NCBI GenBank assembly: GCA_050950825.1 | Contig: JBMNIH010000002.1 | Location: 288,001 to 352,000, forward strand | Direction of reading: 5' to 3' | Source of the DNA: Clostridia bacterium | GTDB taxonomy: Bacteria > Bacillota > Clostridia > JAAYHZ01 | DNA: 64,000 nt | Part shown: piece by piece, positions 1 through 9,832 of the stretch | Layout of the letters: each line of letters begins with the position of its first letter | Numbering within the stretch: position 1 is the stretch's first letter | The notes under the pieces: generated by a model | The model's input: only the letters and a program-made list of their open reading frames with translations | Databases searched by the model: none | Told to the model about the DNA's origin: nothing | Position numbers and translations under genes: made by a program

Positions 1-984
1 TTCCATATCAATCATAATCGGAGAATAATGATTCATGGTATGATCGTCGTCGAATTCCGATAAATAAAGGCATCTTCGTATTTCATTAAAAAGATAATCG
101 TCTAGCCACATGGATACTTCATTATTTGTATATTTGGAAACCGTTGTTGGCCACGAATGAGTAAAATAGGATTTTTTGAAGAAAGGTTCGAAAAGCTCCA
201 TGTAAATGTCAAGAATTTCGGTATCTTCGATAAAATAGGGCTTGCAGTTTTCATCCTCCAACTTGTAAACCACCTGAAAATCATCTATTAAGTTCCTTGG
301 GGAAGTTGTCAACGGGTAATAACCCGCTTTTATCGTTGCGACTCTTAAAAGATCTTGGGGATAAACCGATATTTTCACGGTTTTTACCGGATCTTTGTCG
401 CTATTTATCCGTTCCAATAGCGCAAAAAGCATGTCAAAATTTTTGATGTATTGAATTTGATATGTATCCTTTAACTCATTCTTAACCATTAAGACCAAGT
501 GGCTGATATCCGGTACTCCGGCATACAAAGCATACAGATCCTCCCCTCTTTTGAAAATGCTCATGATTTCGTCGAATTCCGGCATGTTGGCATAGACATC
601 GGGGCAATAACTAATATACGGTGTTAAGTTCATATAATAAGATTTCTGAACCCATTCTTCCTGCCAATATATCCGAGCCTCGTTTAATGACCAAATTTTT
701 GACGGAAAAATCAAATCGAAACTTAATCCGGATTCAAGATAAGTTAAATACTCGTTTTTACTCGGGTCATTTACGGGGTCGGTTATGAATTCCACGGGAA
801 ATCCGAATTGTTTTTCGCTTAAATACCCGATCTCGTAAAGAAGATTATAGAAACGGTGTAGATTAATCCACGCATAGGAATTAGTTATAGAAAATCCGAA
901 ATCGGTTTCTTGGCTGTGTATAAGAACCTTTAACGGCCGGTTATCAAAAACGTTGTCCTCATTAAGAGGAAGAACTTTTTTCAT
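1..984 (-). CDS. Extracellular solute-binding-protein-like paralog (3'-partial, runs off the window start; no signal peptide)
   Basis: Open frame read by hand from ATG at 984 (MKKVLPLNEDNVF...) to base 1; it is absent from the ORF track. It shares segments with the neighbouring paralogs (YYMNLTPYI...CPDVY, KAGYYPL, KPYFIEDTEIL). Confidence 0.65.
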   Translation of the reverse strand, partial: MKKVLPLNEDNVFDNRPLKVLIHSQETDFGFSITNSYAWINLHRFYNLLYEIGYLSEKQFGFPVEFITDPVNDPSKNEYLTYLESGLSFDLIFPSKIWSLNEARIYWQEEWVQKSYYMNLTPYISYCPDVYANMPEFDEIMSIFKRGEDLYALYAGVPDISHLVLMVKNELKDTYQIQYIKNFDMLFALLERINSDKDPVKTVKISVYPQDLLRVATIKAGYYPLTTSPRNLIDDFQVVYKLEDENCKPYFIEDTEILDIYMELFEPFFKKSYFTHSWPTTVSKYTNNEVSMWLDDYLFNEIRRCLYLSEFDDDHTMNHYSPIMIDME

Positions 985-1032
985 CTCAATTCCCTTTTAT
1001 TCCGTCATCGGACATTATGAACTTCTCCGTCA

Positions 1033-2625
1033 TTACTTAAATACCCATATTGCATCCTGCAAAGCATCGACAAATTCTTGGTAATAGGATTCGCTAAAAA
1101 TCTCTTTAGCTTTGATCACATTATCGATACTTATATTCGGATGCATGTATTGAGCAACGGTGTAACGGTCTCGAGCCGACGGAAACAAATCGTTGTAATA
1201 ATCTCTCGTTTCATATTTATATTGACCCTGATACTTTAATCTTGCCTCCGCCAATTTTTCATTATGGATTTCGATTTTCGAGAGGTTTTGAAGCATTTTT
1301 TTACTCAGTTCATTCAACACGAGATTTTTGTATTTAATTTCCTTTAAATAATTGATCTCATTTTTATCTTTCACGAATTGGTTTTCAACCCATGCAAAGG
1401 AGTCTCCCGTCCCGATAGGAAACAAGAAAACGGTATCATCGGTGCGGGTGATGACATTTTTTTGATTGTCAAATGAATAATGAACGTCTTCCATGCCGAA
1501 TGCAACCAGTTTTCGCGCTTCGGTTTTTTCGAAAAGCCAATCGATAAAGGCGACGGCTTTTTCTTTTTCCGTACAACGATTGCTGACGACGAAGTACCGA
1601 AAAGAGCTCAATTGCATATCATAATCGAAATTGCTCGTATTGTTGATCAAGTGAAATATCTTGTAGTCTTCCGGGTTTACATCCGGAATAATGCTTGTAA
1701 GACAAGCGTTAAACTCTTGAAAGTCAGGAATTAGTTGGTACGTCCGGATACCGCGCTTTTCAAAATCTTCTTTCATGATAATTACGGCATTAAGAATATC
1801 GGTTTTATCGATACGATAAAGTATTAAATCGGGGTCGTCTTTTTTTAGAAGATAAGTGTAAGGAGGAGATAGAACGTTGTAATACCCTTCATGATCGACG
1901 ATCATTTGCATGCATAAACTGCTTTCAACGAATATTTTCTTATCATCGCCTTCGATATCCGACGTTAAATCCATACAAACATCTAACGCCTCGTAATAGG
2001 TCGTGATTGACTGCAAATCGTATTTTTCGCAAAGCTCCTTTTTCACAAGAAGTATCGGCAGCATGGGAAGAGAAAATTCCGACATCATGATTCCGTATAT
2101 CCTTCCGTCGATCATTGAGAATTCTTTGAAAGCCGGATAAGAGTGATAAAAAGCATAGGTATACGGCGCATGATGATAAATCAAATCGGTAAGGTCCGCG
2201 ATCACCTCATTTTGCACGAGTTTGTATAAGTTATCTATAATGACATCGGATCCATAGAGGCCGTTTGCCTGAAAAATGTCCGGTGCGTCTCCCGAATCGA
2301 TCAACAGCTTTAAAAAGTCTGAATATCTTTTATTCGGATCGGTAAATACGAATTCGACGGTAATACCTAACGCATTCCGGCTTAAAATATTCAGCTCATC
2401 GATGATCATATCGACGCTTTCCTTTTGCCTATCCGTTAAAATTCGATCGCATAAAACCGTAAATCGGGTATCGAAATTCGCAGCAGGTTCCGCCTTTTCT
2501 CCTGCTTTTGTCGTTTCGGTTTTTAATTCCGTTACGGAAGATTCATTCGCCGGAAGATTCGCATCTTATCCTGCACTGCATCCGGTCAAATAAAGAATCA
2601 AGAAAATCAATAAGACCTTTTTCAT
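1033..2625 (-). pseudogene. Solute-binding lipoprotein (sugar ABC SBP-like) with an in-frame TAA at codon 20
   Basis: AGGAGG RBS and ATG at 2625 give MKKVLLIFLILYLTGCSAG* (lipobox LTGC). TAA is at 2566-2568, and the same frame continues into the 458-aa ORF 1033..2409 with SBP motifs (APDIF, IADLTDLI, EKAVAFIDWL, FGMEDVHY). Confidence 0.75.
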
Positions 2626-2997
2626 AAAGCCTCCTTATGAATAACATAATTTGGTTTTAATCGGTTTTCAATGATTTTCAAAGACTATGAAAACCAATAT
2701 AATAAATCAAAGAAACCCAAAAAGAAAAGAAGTATACGAATTTTCACTAGATCTCGGCATTCTTATTTTTCCGCTCGTTAACAAAAAGCACGTACATCGA
2801 AGTCATATTATTACAAATAAGGGAAACACACTACCACACATATACATTATATAACAAAATAAAAAATTGTAAATATATCTGTTTTGTTTATATAATTTAT
2901 ATATTCTATAAAAATATCAAAGTCCTACAACCGTGTTATGCAGGTTTTCGGACTTTGATAATTCCAAAATGGATTGTGTTTTGCTTCGACTCTTCTT

Positions 2998-3651
2998 TTA
3001 TCTACGCTTTCCTCGCTTTTTTACATCTTCTCGGATTGCCGAAAAGCAAGCATCGTCGACGGTTCCCTTCTCGCGGAATGTTGTGATCGTACTTTCCATA
3101 ACCTTGAAATTTAACGTTGTTCCCTCACTGTCGGCAAGGTAATCTAAGGCTCTGTCCGATGAGATTCCGAAATTACCTGCGGTTTGCACCGCATCCATAT
3201 TGGCACCTAAGAAAATAAACTCCCAGCCGAATCTTTCTTTTTGCCTTTCAATCAGAGCTTTAATCTTTTCGATGGAGTATTCTCGGCTTGAATTCTCTTG
3301 TCCGTCGGTAATGATCACAAACAACACCTTTTCCGCACGATAGTCTTCCGCCGTGTGTTTTTGTACGTTACCGATTTTTTCAATGGTAAATCCTATGGCA
3401 TCCAAAAGTGCCGTCGAACCGCCTACCGTGTACTCGTTTTCCGTTATGGGGCTAACCGCTTTAATATCAATTCGATCATGAAGCAGTTCATAGCCGTGAT
3501 TAAAAAGCACCGTGGTAATACGGCAGTCCCCTTCGATTGCCTTCTGTTTAATCAGCATGGAATTGTATCCGCCGATGGTGTCCGATTCCAATCCGCTCAT
3601 TGATCCGCTTTTGTCAAGTATAAATACCAGCTCGGTTAATCCTTTTTTCAT
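2998..3651 (-). CDS. von Willebrand factor A (vWA) domain protein
   Basis: MIDAS motif DKSGSM, GSTALLDA and ITDGQENSS; GGAGG RBS before ATG 3651. Confidence 0.9.
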   Translation of the reverse strand: MKKGLTELVFILDKSGSMSGLESDTIGGYNSMLIKQKAIEGDCRITTVLFNHGYELLHDRIDIKAVSPITENEYTVGGSTALLDAIGFTIEKIGNVQKHTAEDYRAEKVLFVIITDGQENSSREYSIEKIKALIERQKERFGWEFIFLGANMDAVQTAGNFGISSDRALDYLADSEGTTLNFKVMESTITTFREKGTVDDACFSAIREDVKKRGKRR

Positions 3652-3710
3652 TTTCACAACCTCCAATGATTAATTTCAAACTCAGAATACCGCTTTGCAA
3701 AGAGGTTGTG

Positions 3711-3727
3711 GTCGCTTTAAAAGCGAC
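3711..3727. promoter_or_regulatory. Perfect palindrome GTCGCTTT-A-AAAGCGAC, candidate operator for the vWA gene
   Basis: 8-bp perfect arms in the 98-bp gap between the macro-HTH and vWA genes. A -10-like TATTCT lies on the minus strand at 3684-3689. No U-tract follows. Confidence 0.6.
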
Positions 3728-3749
3728 AAATTTCTTCATTGTGATGTTT

Positions 3750-4781
3750 CTATCCGCCTAAAAGCGGCTGGTCATATGCAAACAAAACCTCGTTAATTCG
3801 GAAGATATCGTAAATGCCGTTTGCAATAAAGTATTCTACGATAACGTCGAACTTGACAGCCTTTGAAAGAGCATAACCTGCTCGTTTTAAAAAAGCATCG
3901 GTTTCATCGAGGTTCAATTTCAATGCTACCGCAAGAGCAATGACGGTACGTTTACTAGGCACATAGCTTTTATTGCTCCTTATTTTCGAAAACAATTTGC
4001 GATCAAGGTTCGCTCGTTTATATACTTCCACATCCGTCATTCCTTTTGCATCAATCAAACGAAAAAGCATTCGGGAAAAGGGCTCATCCAAGTTTCCGAT
4101 CAAATCCTCAAGCCGGTCGGCAATCATGGGAGCCAAGGAAATCGAGTCTCGTAAAATCGCGTCCTTATATTCTTCCTTCATTTCGTCCGCACGAGTTAAG
4201 GCTTCCCATTCCGTTTCAAGGACTTTTCGTCTCTTGGCTTTTTTTGAATCGACGTAATGATCGTCTATGTAGCTTTCTACGGCGCCTAACAATTCACGGC
4301 TTATGATAAAGGAGGATTTATCGAATACCGCCAATGTGACATCCATATCGTGATCTTGTAGGAAATCTTGAATGGCAGAAGTCGCCACCTTTAATGCTTC
4401 GTCTTTCGGATAGCCGTAGATTCCGCTTGAGATCAAGGGAAAAGCAATACTTTCGCAATTGTTTTTATAAGCTAACTCTAATGAATTTAAAAACGCGGCT
4501 CGAAGCTCTTTTTCGTTTTTATCCTTGTTTCTTTCCGAATAGACGGGCCCTGCCGTATGGATGATATACTTGGCAGGCAGATTAAATCCCGGAGTAATAA
4601 CCGCTTCACCGGTCTTAATCGGGGCCAATTTATCGCAAGCGGCCTGAAGCGGCTCCGCCCCCGCCGCATGAAATATGGCTCCGCAAACACCGCCTCCTTG
4701 TTTCAATTCGGTATTTGCGGCATTCACAATTGCATCTACTTTCATCTTTGTGATGTCTTGTCTTATGATGGTAAAAGGCAT
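3750..4781 (-). CDS. Macrodomain (ADP-ribose-binding/hydrolase) protein fused to a C-terminal XRE-like HTH
   Basis: N-terminus has DITKMKVDAIVNAAN, GGGVCGAI, HTAGP and FPLISSGIYGYP. C-terminus has MTDVEVYKRANLDRKLFSKIR...PSKRTVIALAVAL. Confidence 0.9.
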   Translation of the reverse strand: MPFTIIRQDITKMKVDAIVNAANTELKQGGGVCGAIFHAAGAEPLQAACDKLAPIKTGEAVITPGFNLPAKYIIHTAGPVYSERNKDKNEKELRAAFLNSLELAYKNNCESIAFPLISSGIYGYPKDEALKVATSAIQDFLQDHDMDVTLAVFDKSSFIISRELLGAVESYIDDHYVDSKKAKRRKVLETEWEALTRADEMKEEYKDAILRDSISLAPMIADRLEDLIGNLDEPFSRMLFRLIDAKGMTDVEVYKRANLDRKLFSKIRSNKSYVPSKRTVIALAVALKLNLDETDAFLKRAGYALSKAVKFDVIVEYFIANGIYDIFRINEVLFAYDQPLLGG

Positions 4782-5055
4782 TCGGATTCACCTCCGCCGA
4801 AATTATTCAAAAAAACTTTTGGCATAACCGTTATTATCCCTTCACTATCCATCGTATACAAATTATTCAATAAACGCAATTGATCGTATGCAAAAAACTT
4901 GTTTTCCTTTTACTAGCATTTATATTATTAATACGAAATTATCTATATACGTTTTATGCATTGACGATAAATATTATTAAGAATATACTATGCAAATAGA
5001 GAGGTCCTGTGTAAAACACGGAACAAACTATTTTATAGGGGAAAGTGATTTTTGT

Positions 5056-5757
5056 ATGTATAAAAGATTTTTGGTTTTTTTATTTCTCTTCCTTTTCGTA
5101 TCGGGACTTACGGCATGCCAAAACACGGAACAGCTTCCTCCCGTCTCTTCGGAATCGGAATCGGAATCCGTTTCCGAACCCGAACAATCGCAATCGGAAG
5201 AATCGCCTTTGAGCCTATACAAATCGGTTTTATTAAACGATATTCCTTTTTTCAGTGACAATCGAGAGCTGTTCATCTCCGAGATTAGCCGGGTCGTAAG
5301 CGAAGACAGCAGCGTGAAAGCAAAAGCGACAAAATTTGCGTTGATCGACCTTGACAAAGACGGAGCTTTGGAAATCATCCTTTGGCTGGTCGTAAATGAC
5401 AACGACGATTTCGGGTTTGAAATATTACGCCGTAAAGACGATAAGGTCTTAGGCTACACCTTGTGGTATCGCGCCTTTATGGAATTAAAAGAAGACGGAA
5501 CCTTCTCCTTTTCCGGCGGTGCAGCGGATTTCGGATACGGTACCATTGCTTTCACGGAAGACGGTTACGAGGTAAACAAAATATCCTACAGCGAGTCTTC
5601 CTTTGATTCCGACAACAATCAAACCGTCTCCTATTTCGTTAACCAAAAGAAAGCGTCAAATGAAGACTTTCTGGCAGCTATTGACGAGCAAAGCAATAAA
5701 AAGGATGTCGTTTGGTATGATTTTTCGGAGGAAAACATAAAGACTCATATCCGATAA
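5056..5757 (+). CDS. Hypothetical lipoprotein
   Basis: Signal peptide and lipobox (LTAC), Ser/Glu-rich linker, and a DLDKDGALE Ca-binding-like loop. Confidence 0.75.
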   Translation: MYKRFLVFLFLFLFVSGLTACQNTEQLPPVSSESESESVSEPEQSQSEESPLSLYKSVLLNDIPFFSDNRELFISEISRVVSEDSSVKAKATKFALIDLDKDGALEIILWLVVNDNDDFGFEILRRKDDKVLGYTLWYRAFMELKEDGTFSFSGGAADFGYGTIAFTEDGYEVNKISYSESSFDSDNNQTVSYFVNQKKASNEDFLAAIDEQSNKKDVVWYDFSEENIKTHIR

Positions 5758-5818
5758 GAGTTCTTTCGACGAACGAAGCTTCTAAACCGTTTAAACCGTT
5801 TTTTCTACCGTGATTCGC

Positions 5819-5860
5819 AATTATGAAATGAATGATGTCGCAATCATTCATTTCATAATT
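5819..5860. terminator. 18-bp-stem hairpin, probable terminator between convergent genes
   Basis: AATTATGAAATGAATGAT-GTCGCA-ATCATTCATTTCATAATT is a perfect inverted repeat. Confidence 0.55.
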
Positions 5861-5906
5861 CTCGTATTTGTGCTATGTCCCCTTTCGTCGAGAAAATATA
5901 TATTAT

Positions 5907-7863
5907 GATTCTACTGCAAAAACTCAAGTAAATCTATACAATTAATGTACCTAGAAAATTTCATAAAAGGCTCTTAAAAAGCCTCGAAACACTTGAAAAC
6001 ACTAGACTTGAGACAGGTTTTATGGTAAAATAGATATGTTTCATTAATCCATATTTTGAATTTTCCGGAGATATATTTTATGTTCAGAGCAAACGATTCA
6101 CATAAACAACAACCGATTTTCTCAAGTCTCGATTGGATGCATGAAAAAGCACGCGAAAGATTTAAAAAATCTTGGGCACCTGTATTCTATGAACATGTAT
6201 TTTGCCATATCAACGAAGAACCTTTTGCGAAATTGTACAGCAAGACAGGCAGACCGAATACACCTGTGAATATATTGCTGTCTTTGGAATATATCAAGTA
6301 TATGAAAGATCTGAATGATCAAGATCTTTTGGATTCCCTATATCTTGATTATCAAACGACTTATGCCGTCGGAGGGAAAATGCTTGGCGAGATTTACATA
6401 TCGGAAAGAACGCTGTATTACTTTCGGGAAAGAGTATATGAATATTTGACGGAGCATCCCGAGGACGAAAACCTCTTATTCGGTCAATTCATAGAGTTAC
6501 TGAGGAATTTTGCGAAACTGACAGGAACCTCGCTCGACGAACAAAGAACCGATACGACCATGTTCGTAAGCAACATCAAGAAAGCGGGTCGATTGGCATT
6601 GGCTTACGACGTATTGGAGAAAGGGGTAAAAGCCATTCCGAAAGAACAAAGACCCGAATCAATGGGGAAGGTTCTTGAAAAGGATTTCAAAACCGAAATG
6701 CTGCATAAGGTAAGAACCGTCGATACGGAAAGCAGGCTTACGACGCTTTTGTCTATGAGCGCGGAAGCTCTCAAGATATTGAAGGAACTGCCCGACAAGA
6801 AAGAATCGGACGAAGTTCGCATACTTGAACGGTTCATCAAAGAACAGTCGGAGACCGATGAAAACGGTAACCTTGTACCGAAGAAGAGCAAAGAAATCTC
6901 GTCCGATTCGCTTCAATCCGCCTATGACGAGGACGCCACCTATCGAAAGAAAGGCAATAAAGGGCAAAGCGGCTATGTACTTGAGGTATCGGAAACCTGC
7001 TCGAAAGACAACAAAGTTCAATTGATTACCGATTACGCCGTTAAGCCCAACATTGTAAGCGACAAAGAAATATTAAGCGGGCGAATCCGAAAGGTCAAAG
7101 AAAACACCGGATGTACCGACATGTACATAGACGGAGGTTTTCACTCGGAAGATGTATACAAAGCCGCGGAAGCCAATGATGTCCAAATTCATTTGACGGA
7201 CATGTGCGGACGGAAGCCGTCGGACAAGATCTCGGTGAGTGAGTTTGAAATAAAAGAAGAAACGGGATTGATTGAAAAATGCCCTGCGGGTCATATGCCT
7301 TTCCGATCGGTTAGAGCGAAAGGACAATTGGTGGCATACTTCGAAACAGATGTTTGTCTGCAATGCGAGCATTTTAACAGATGCTACAGCAAGCAACAGA
7401 ACAAAAACTGTGTGGTGAGAATCAGTGAAAAAGCAATGGAAACCGCAAGGAAACGAGTAGAAATAGCCACTTGCAGGAAGGAAAACGTTAGTAAGAGAGC
7501 GGGAATCGAAGGAACCGTTTCGGCGTTGAAACGCACAGGACTGAATAATATGAAGGTACGCGGTTTGATTAAATCAACCGTTGTATGCGGATTCTTATCA
7601 ATGGCGCAGAACATAAAACGAGTTATCAAATTTTTGCAAGGCGGATATGCAAAAGTAACAACTTGACAAACAAATGGGATTATTGTGCCTTTTATTAGGC
7701 AAAAGGTAAAAAACACATGAAAACTACCTCGATTTGATATCGAATCGAGGTAGCTGATACCCAAATTCGGGACGTTTATCGCAATTGAATACCATAAATT
7801 GGATTTTATTATGTCATTAGTGTAATTTTACGAGTGTAAGAATGAGCTTTTTGCAGTAGAATC
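5907..7863 (+). mobile_element. Insertion sequence (IS5/IS1182-like DDE type) with 16-bp TIRs and a 7-bp TSD
   Basis: Left end GATTCTACTGCAAAAA (5907-5922), right end TTTTTGCAGTAGAATC (7848-7863). Direct repeat ATATTAT at 5900-5906 and 7864-7870. Confidence 0.88.
6080..7666 (+). CDS. DDE transposase (IS5/IS1182-like)
   Basis: Motifs YSKTGRPNTPV, RTDTT, QSAYDEDATYRKK, IDGGF, a Cys cluster and KRAGIEGTVSALKR; lies within the TIRs. Confidence 0.92.
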   Translation: MFRANDSHKQQPIFSSLDWMHEKARERFKKSWAPVFYEHVFCHINEEPFAKLYSKTGRPNTPVNILLSLEYIKYMKDLNDQDLLDSLYLDYQTTYAVGGKMLGEIYISERTLYYFRERVYEYLTEHPEDENLLFGQFIELLRNFAKLTGTSLDEQRTDTTMFVSNIKKAGRLALAYDVLEKGVKAIPKEQRPESMGKVLEKDFKTEMLHKVRTVDTESRLTTLLSMSAEALKILKELPDKKESDEVRILERFIKEQSETDENGNLVPKKSKEISSDSLQSAYDEDATYRKKGNKGQSGYVLEVSETCSKDNKVQLITDYAVKPNIVSDKEILSGRIRKVKENTGCTDMYIDGGFHSEDVYKAAEANDVQIHLTDMCGRKPSDKISVSEFEIKEETGLIEKCPAGHMPFRSVRAKGQLVAYFETDVCLQCEHFNRCYSKQQNKNCVVRISEKAMETARKRVEIATCRKENVSKRAGIEGTVSALKRTGLNNMKVRGLIKSTVVCGFLSMAQNIKRVIKFLQGGYAKVTT

Positions 7864-7866
7864 ATA

Positions 7867-9474
7867 TTATCGGTATTCGCCGAAAATTTGCATGCTTTGC
7901 ACGAGAGACGCATCATGGGTTTCTTTCAGTTTCCAATGAAGATCTTCTAACAATTCAAAGGTAATGTCCTCATTAAAAAAGTTTATAATTAGGAAATCCG
8001 AGCGTTGTCCTTGGATGATTGCATCGGAAAATCTCGTTAATCTGTATTCTTCCAAGAACTTATCTCTGTTGGTCCGATTTTTGAAAAAATCCATGAAGGC
8101 TTCGGCATAATCTTTCATGTATCTTATATCGTTTTTGCTTTCGAATATAAAATTCTTGAGTATTTTGTCTTTGATATATACGGCATCGCCGATATCGCCT
8201 ATGAGTGAAAAGCCTTGGGTCATCATACCGGATCCGGTACCTATCGGAACAATCTGTTTAAAGCTTACCTTACCGTCTCGACGAATCACTCTTTTCTCCC
8301 GGTCGTATTCGCAATTGACGCCGTCGATACCGTAACCGAGCAATCTTCGAGCTTCATCGTTGGAAAGAAGCCAATCGATATATTGCAACGCAAGCTGCTT
8401 TTCCTTGCATTGATTGCCGATGACAAAATAAATCAATTGGGAGGGCAGGTTGTAATCCTCATACAAAGGGATAATAAGGTATTCGTTAAGAAGGTCTGTC
8501 AGTTTATTATGAATCATGAATTCCATTTCGACGGCGATTAACTTATCGATCGCCGCATCGATCCGGTTATTTATAAAACTCTTTACATACTTTTGCCAAT
8601 TCGTTTGCAAACCCAAATCGGCAACCTCCCTCTTTACCGCAATTAATTGATCCCATAAATCCGTTTCATCGATGCGGTACACTCTTCGATCGGATCCGTC
8701 GGATTTCATAAGGTATATGTAAGGAAGCTCCCCGAACAGGCTGAAATAACCTGCTTTAGCAACTTCACGGCTTAAAATGCTTTCGGAAGACACATAGACC
8801 TTATTCATTTGATCCGTTCGATTTTCCGCAATTTTCTTGCATAGATCGTAAGCGGATTCCCAATCCACGATTTCATAATCCGCGTACTGTTCGGCAATCG
8901 ATTTTCGAATAATTAAAACGGGAACGTACTCCAAAAACTCATCGGGAATAACAATGCCCAAATGCTCTCCGTTAATTTCGGAAAGCTTTTTAAATTCAGG
9001 ATATTTGTCGTAGAACAAAGAGATGTACGGGGTTTTCTCGTTGATGTAGGAAGATATGTCCTCGACATATCCGTTGTCGTAATACGAGAAAAGCATATCG
9101 TTATATATATAGGCTTGTAAGCCGTCTTGCCCTTCATAAAAACGAATACCGAATCTTCCTCTTACAAAGCTAATGTCCGGAGCGTCTTCCTTCCATAAAG
9201 GTTCTTGGGAATAACTGTCGGAATTAACGATACGGATCGTAACCCCGAGAACGGACCGGCTTAAGTCGTTCAGCTTGTTTATGATATTGGAATCTTCATT
9301 GGATAGTGTTCTTCCGAGATATGCGGTAAATTCCACGTTTTTCATCAGCGGATTGTATTCTACGGTCTTGTCGGGCATGGATACTTCGAAGCCGTTAGGG
9401 TTCGAGGATTCGCAGCCGGAAGCGATTAAAATGAGGAGCAAGAGAACTACGGTACAAAAAAGCATCTTTTTCAT
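7867..9474 (-). CDS. Extracellular solute-binding lipoprotein (divergent sugar ABC SBP-like)
   Basis: Lipobox ASGC; APDI, VEDISSYI, LALQYIDWL and YGIDGVN motifs shared with the paralogs. TTGACA-16-TATAAT promoter at 9624-9651 on the minus strand. Confidence 0.75.
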   Translation of the reverse strand: MKKMLFCTVVLLLLILIASGCESSNPNGFEVSMPDKTVEYNPLMKNVEFTAYLGRTLSNEDSNIINKLNDLSRSVLGVTIRIVNSDSYSQEPLWKEDAPDISFVRGRFGIRFYEGQDGLQAYIYNDMLFSYYDNGYVEDISSYINEKTPYISLFYDKYPEFKKLSEINGEHLGIVIPDEFLEYVPVLIIRKSIAEQYADYEIVDWESAYDLCKKIAENRTDQMNKVYVSSESILSREVAKAGYFSLFGELPYIYLMKSDGSDRRVYRIDETDLWDQLIAVKREVADLGLQTNWQKYVKSFINNRIDAAIDKLIAVEMEFMIHNKLTDLLNEYLIIPLYEDYNLPSQLIYFVIGNQCKEKQLALQYIDWLLSNDEARRLLGYGIDGVNCEYDREKRVIRRDGKVSFKQIVPIGTGSGMMTQGFSLIGDIGDAVYIKDKILKNFIFESKNDIRYMKDYAEAFMDFFKNRTNRDKFLEEYRLTRFSDAIIQGQRSDFLIINFFNEDITFELLEDLHWKLKETHDASLVQSMQIFGEYR

Positions 9475-9832
9475 AATTTACCTCGCTAATCTCGTAGTGC
9501 TTTATAAATACATATAAGCGAAAAAAGATAATAACAAATAAGTTCGCCCTGAGATCCACACCGTAAAACAATAGAACAAATTATCATATGATATCTTTTA
9601 TATTATTTGTTCTCTATATTGCCATTATATAGCAGTATATAAATATGTCAATACAAGCCTATTCCATTGCTTTCCGATAAGCTTTCATTCGTTTTCATTT
9701 GCATGCATGCTCTTTAATTTCCGTTCGGTTAATCCCTTGTATTTATTTCCACGAGTGCTATAATGGATGAAGTTAAAATTTATATATTTTATATATACTG
9801 TTTTTTAACTTAACGAATGAAAGGATTTGCAT

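Noticed and set aside
5149-5178. TCGGAA tandem repeat
   Set aside because: Only three in-frame units encoding a Ser-Glu linker; not a phase-variation tract.
2810-9555. Shared CTTATTTGTWATWAT-like word in the leaders of two SBP paralogs
   Set aside because: AT-rich, short and not found before the third paralog; chance is likely.
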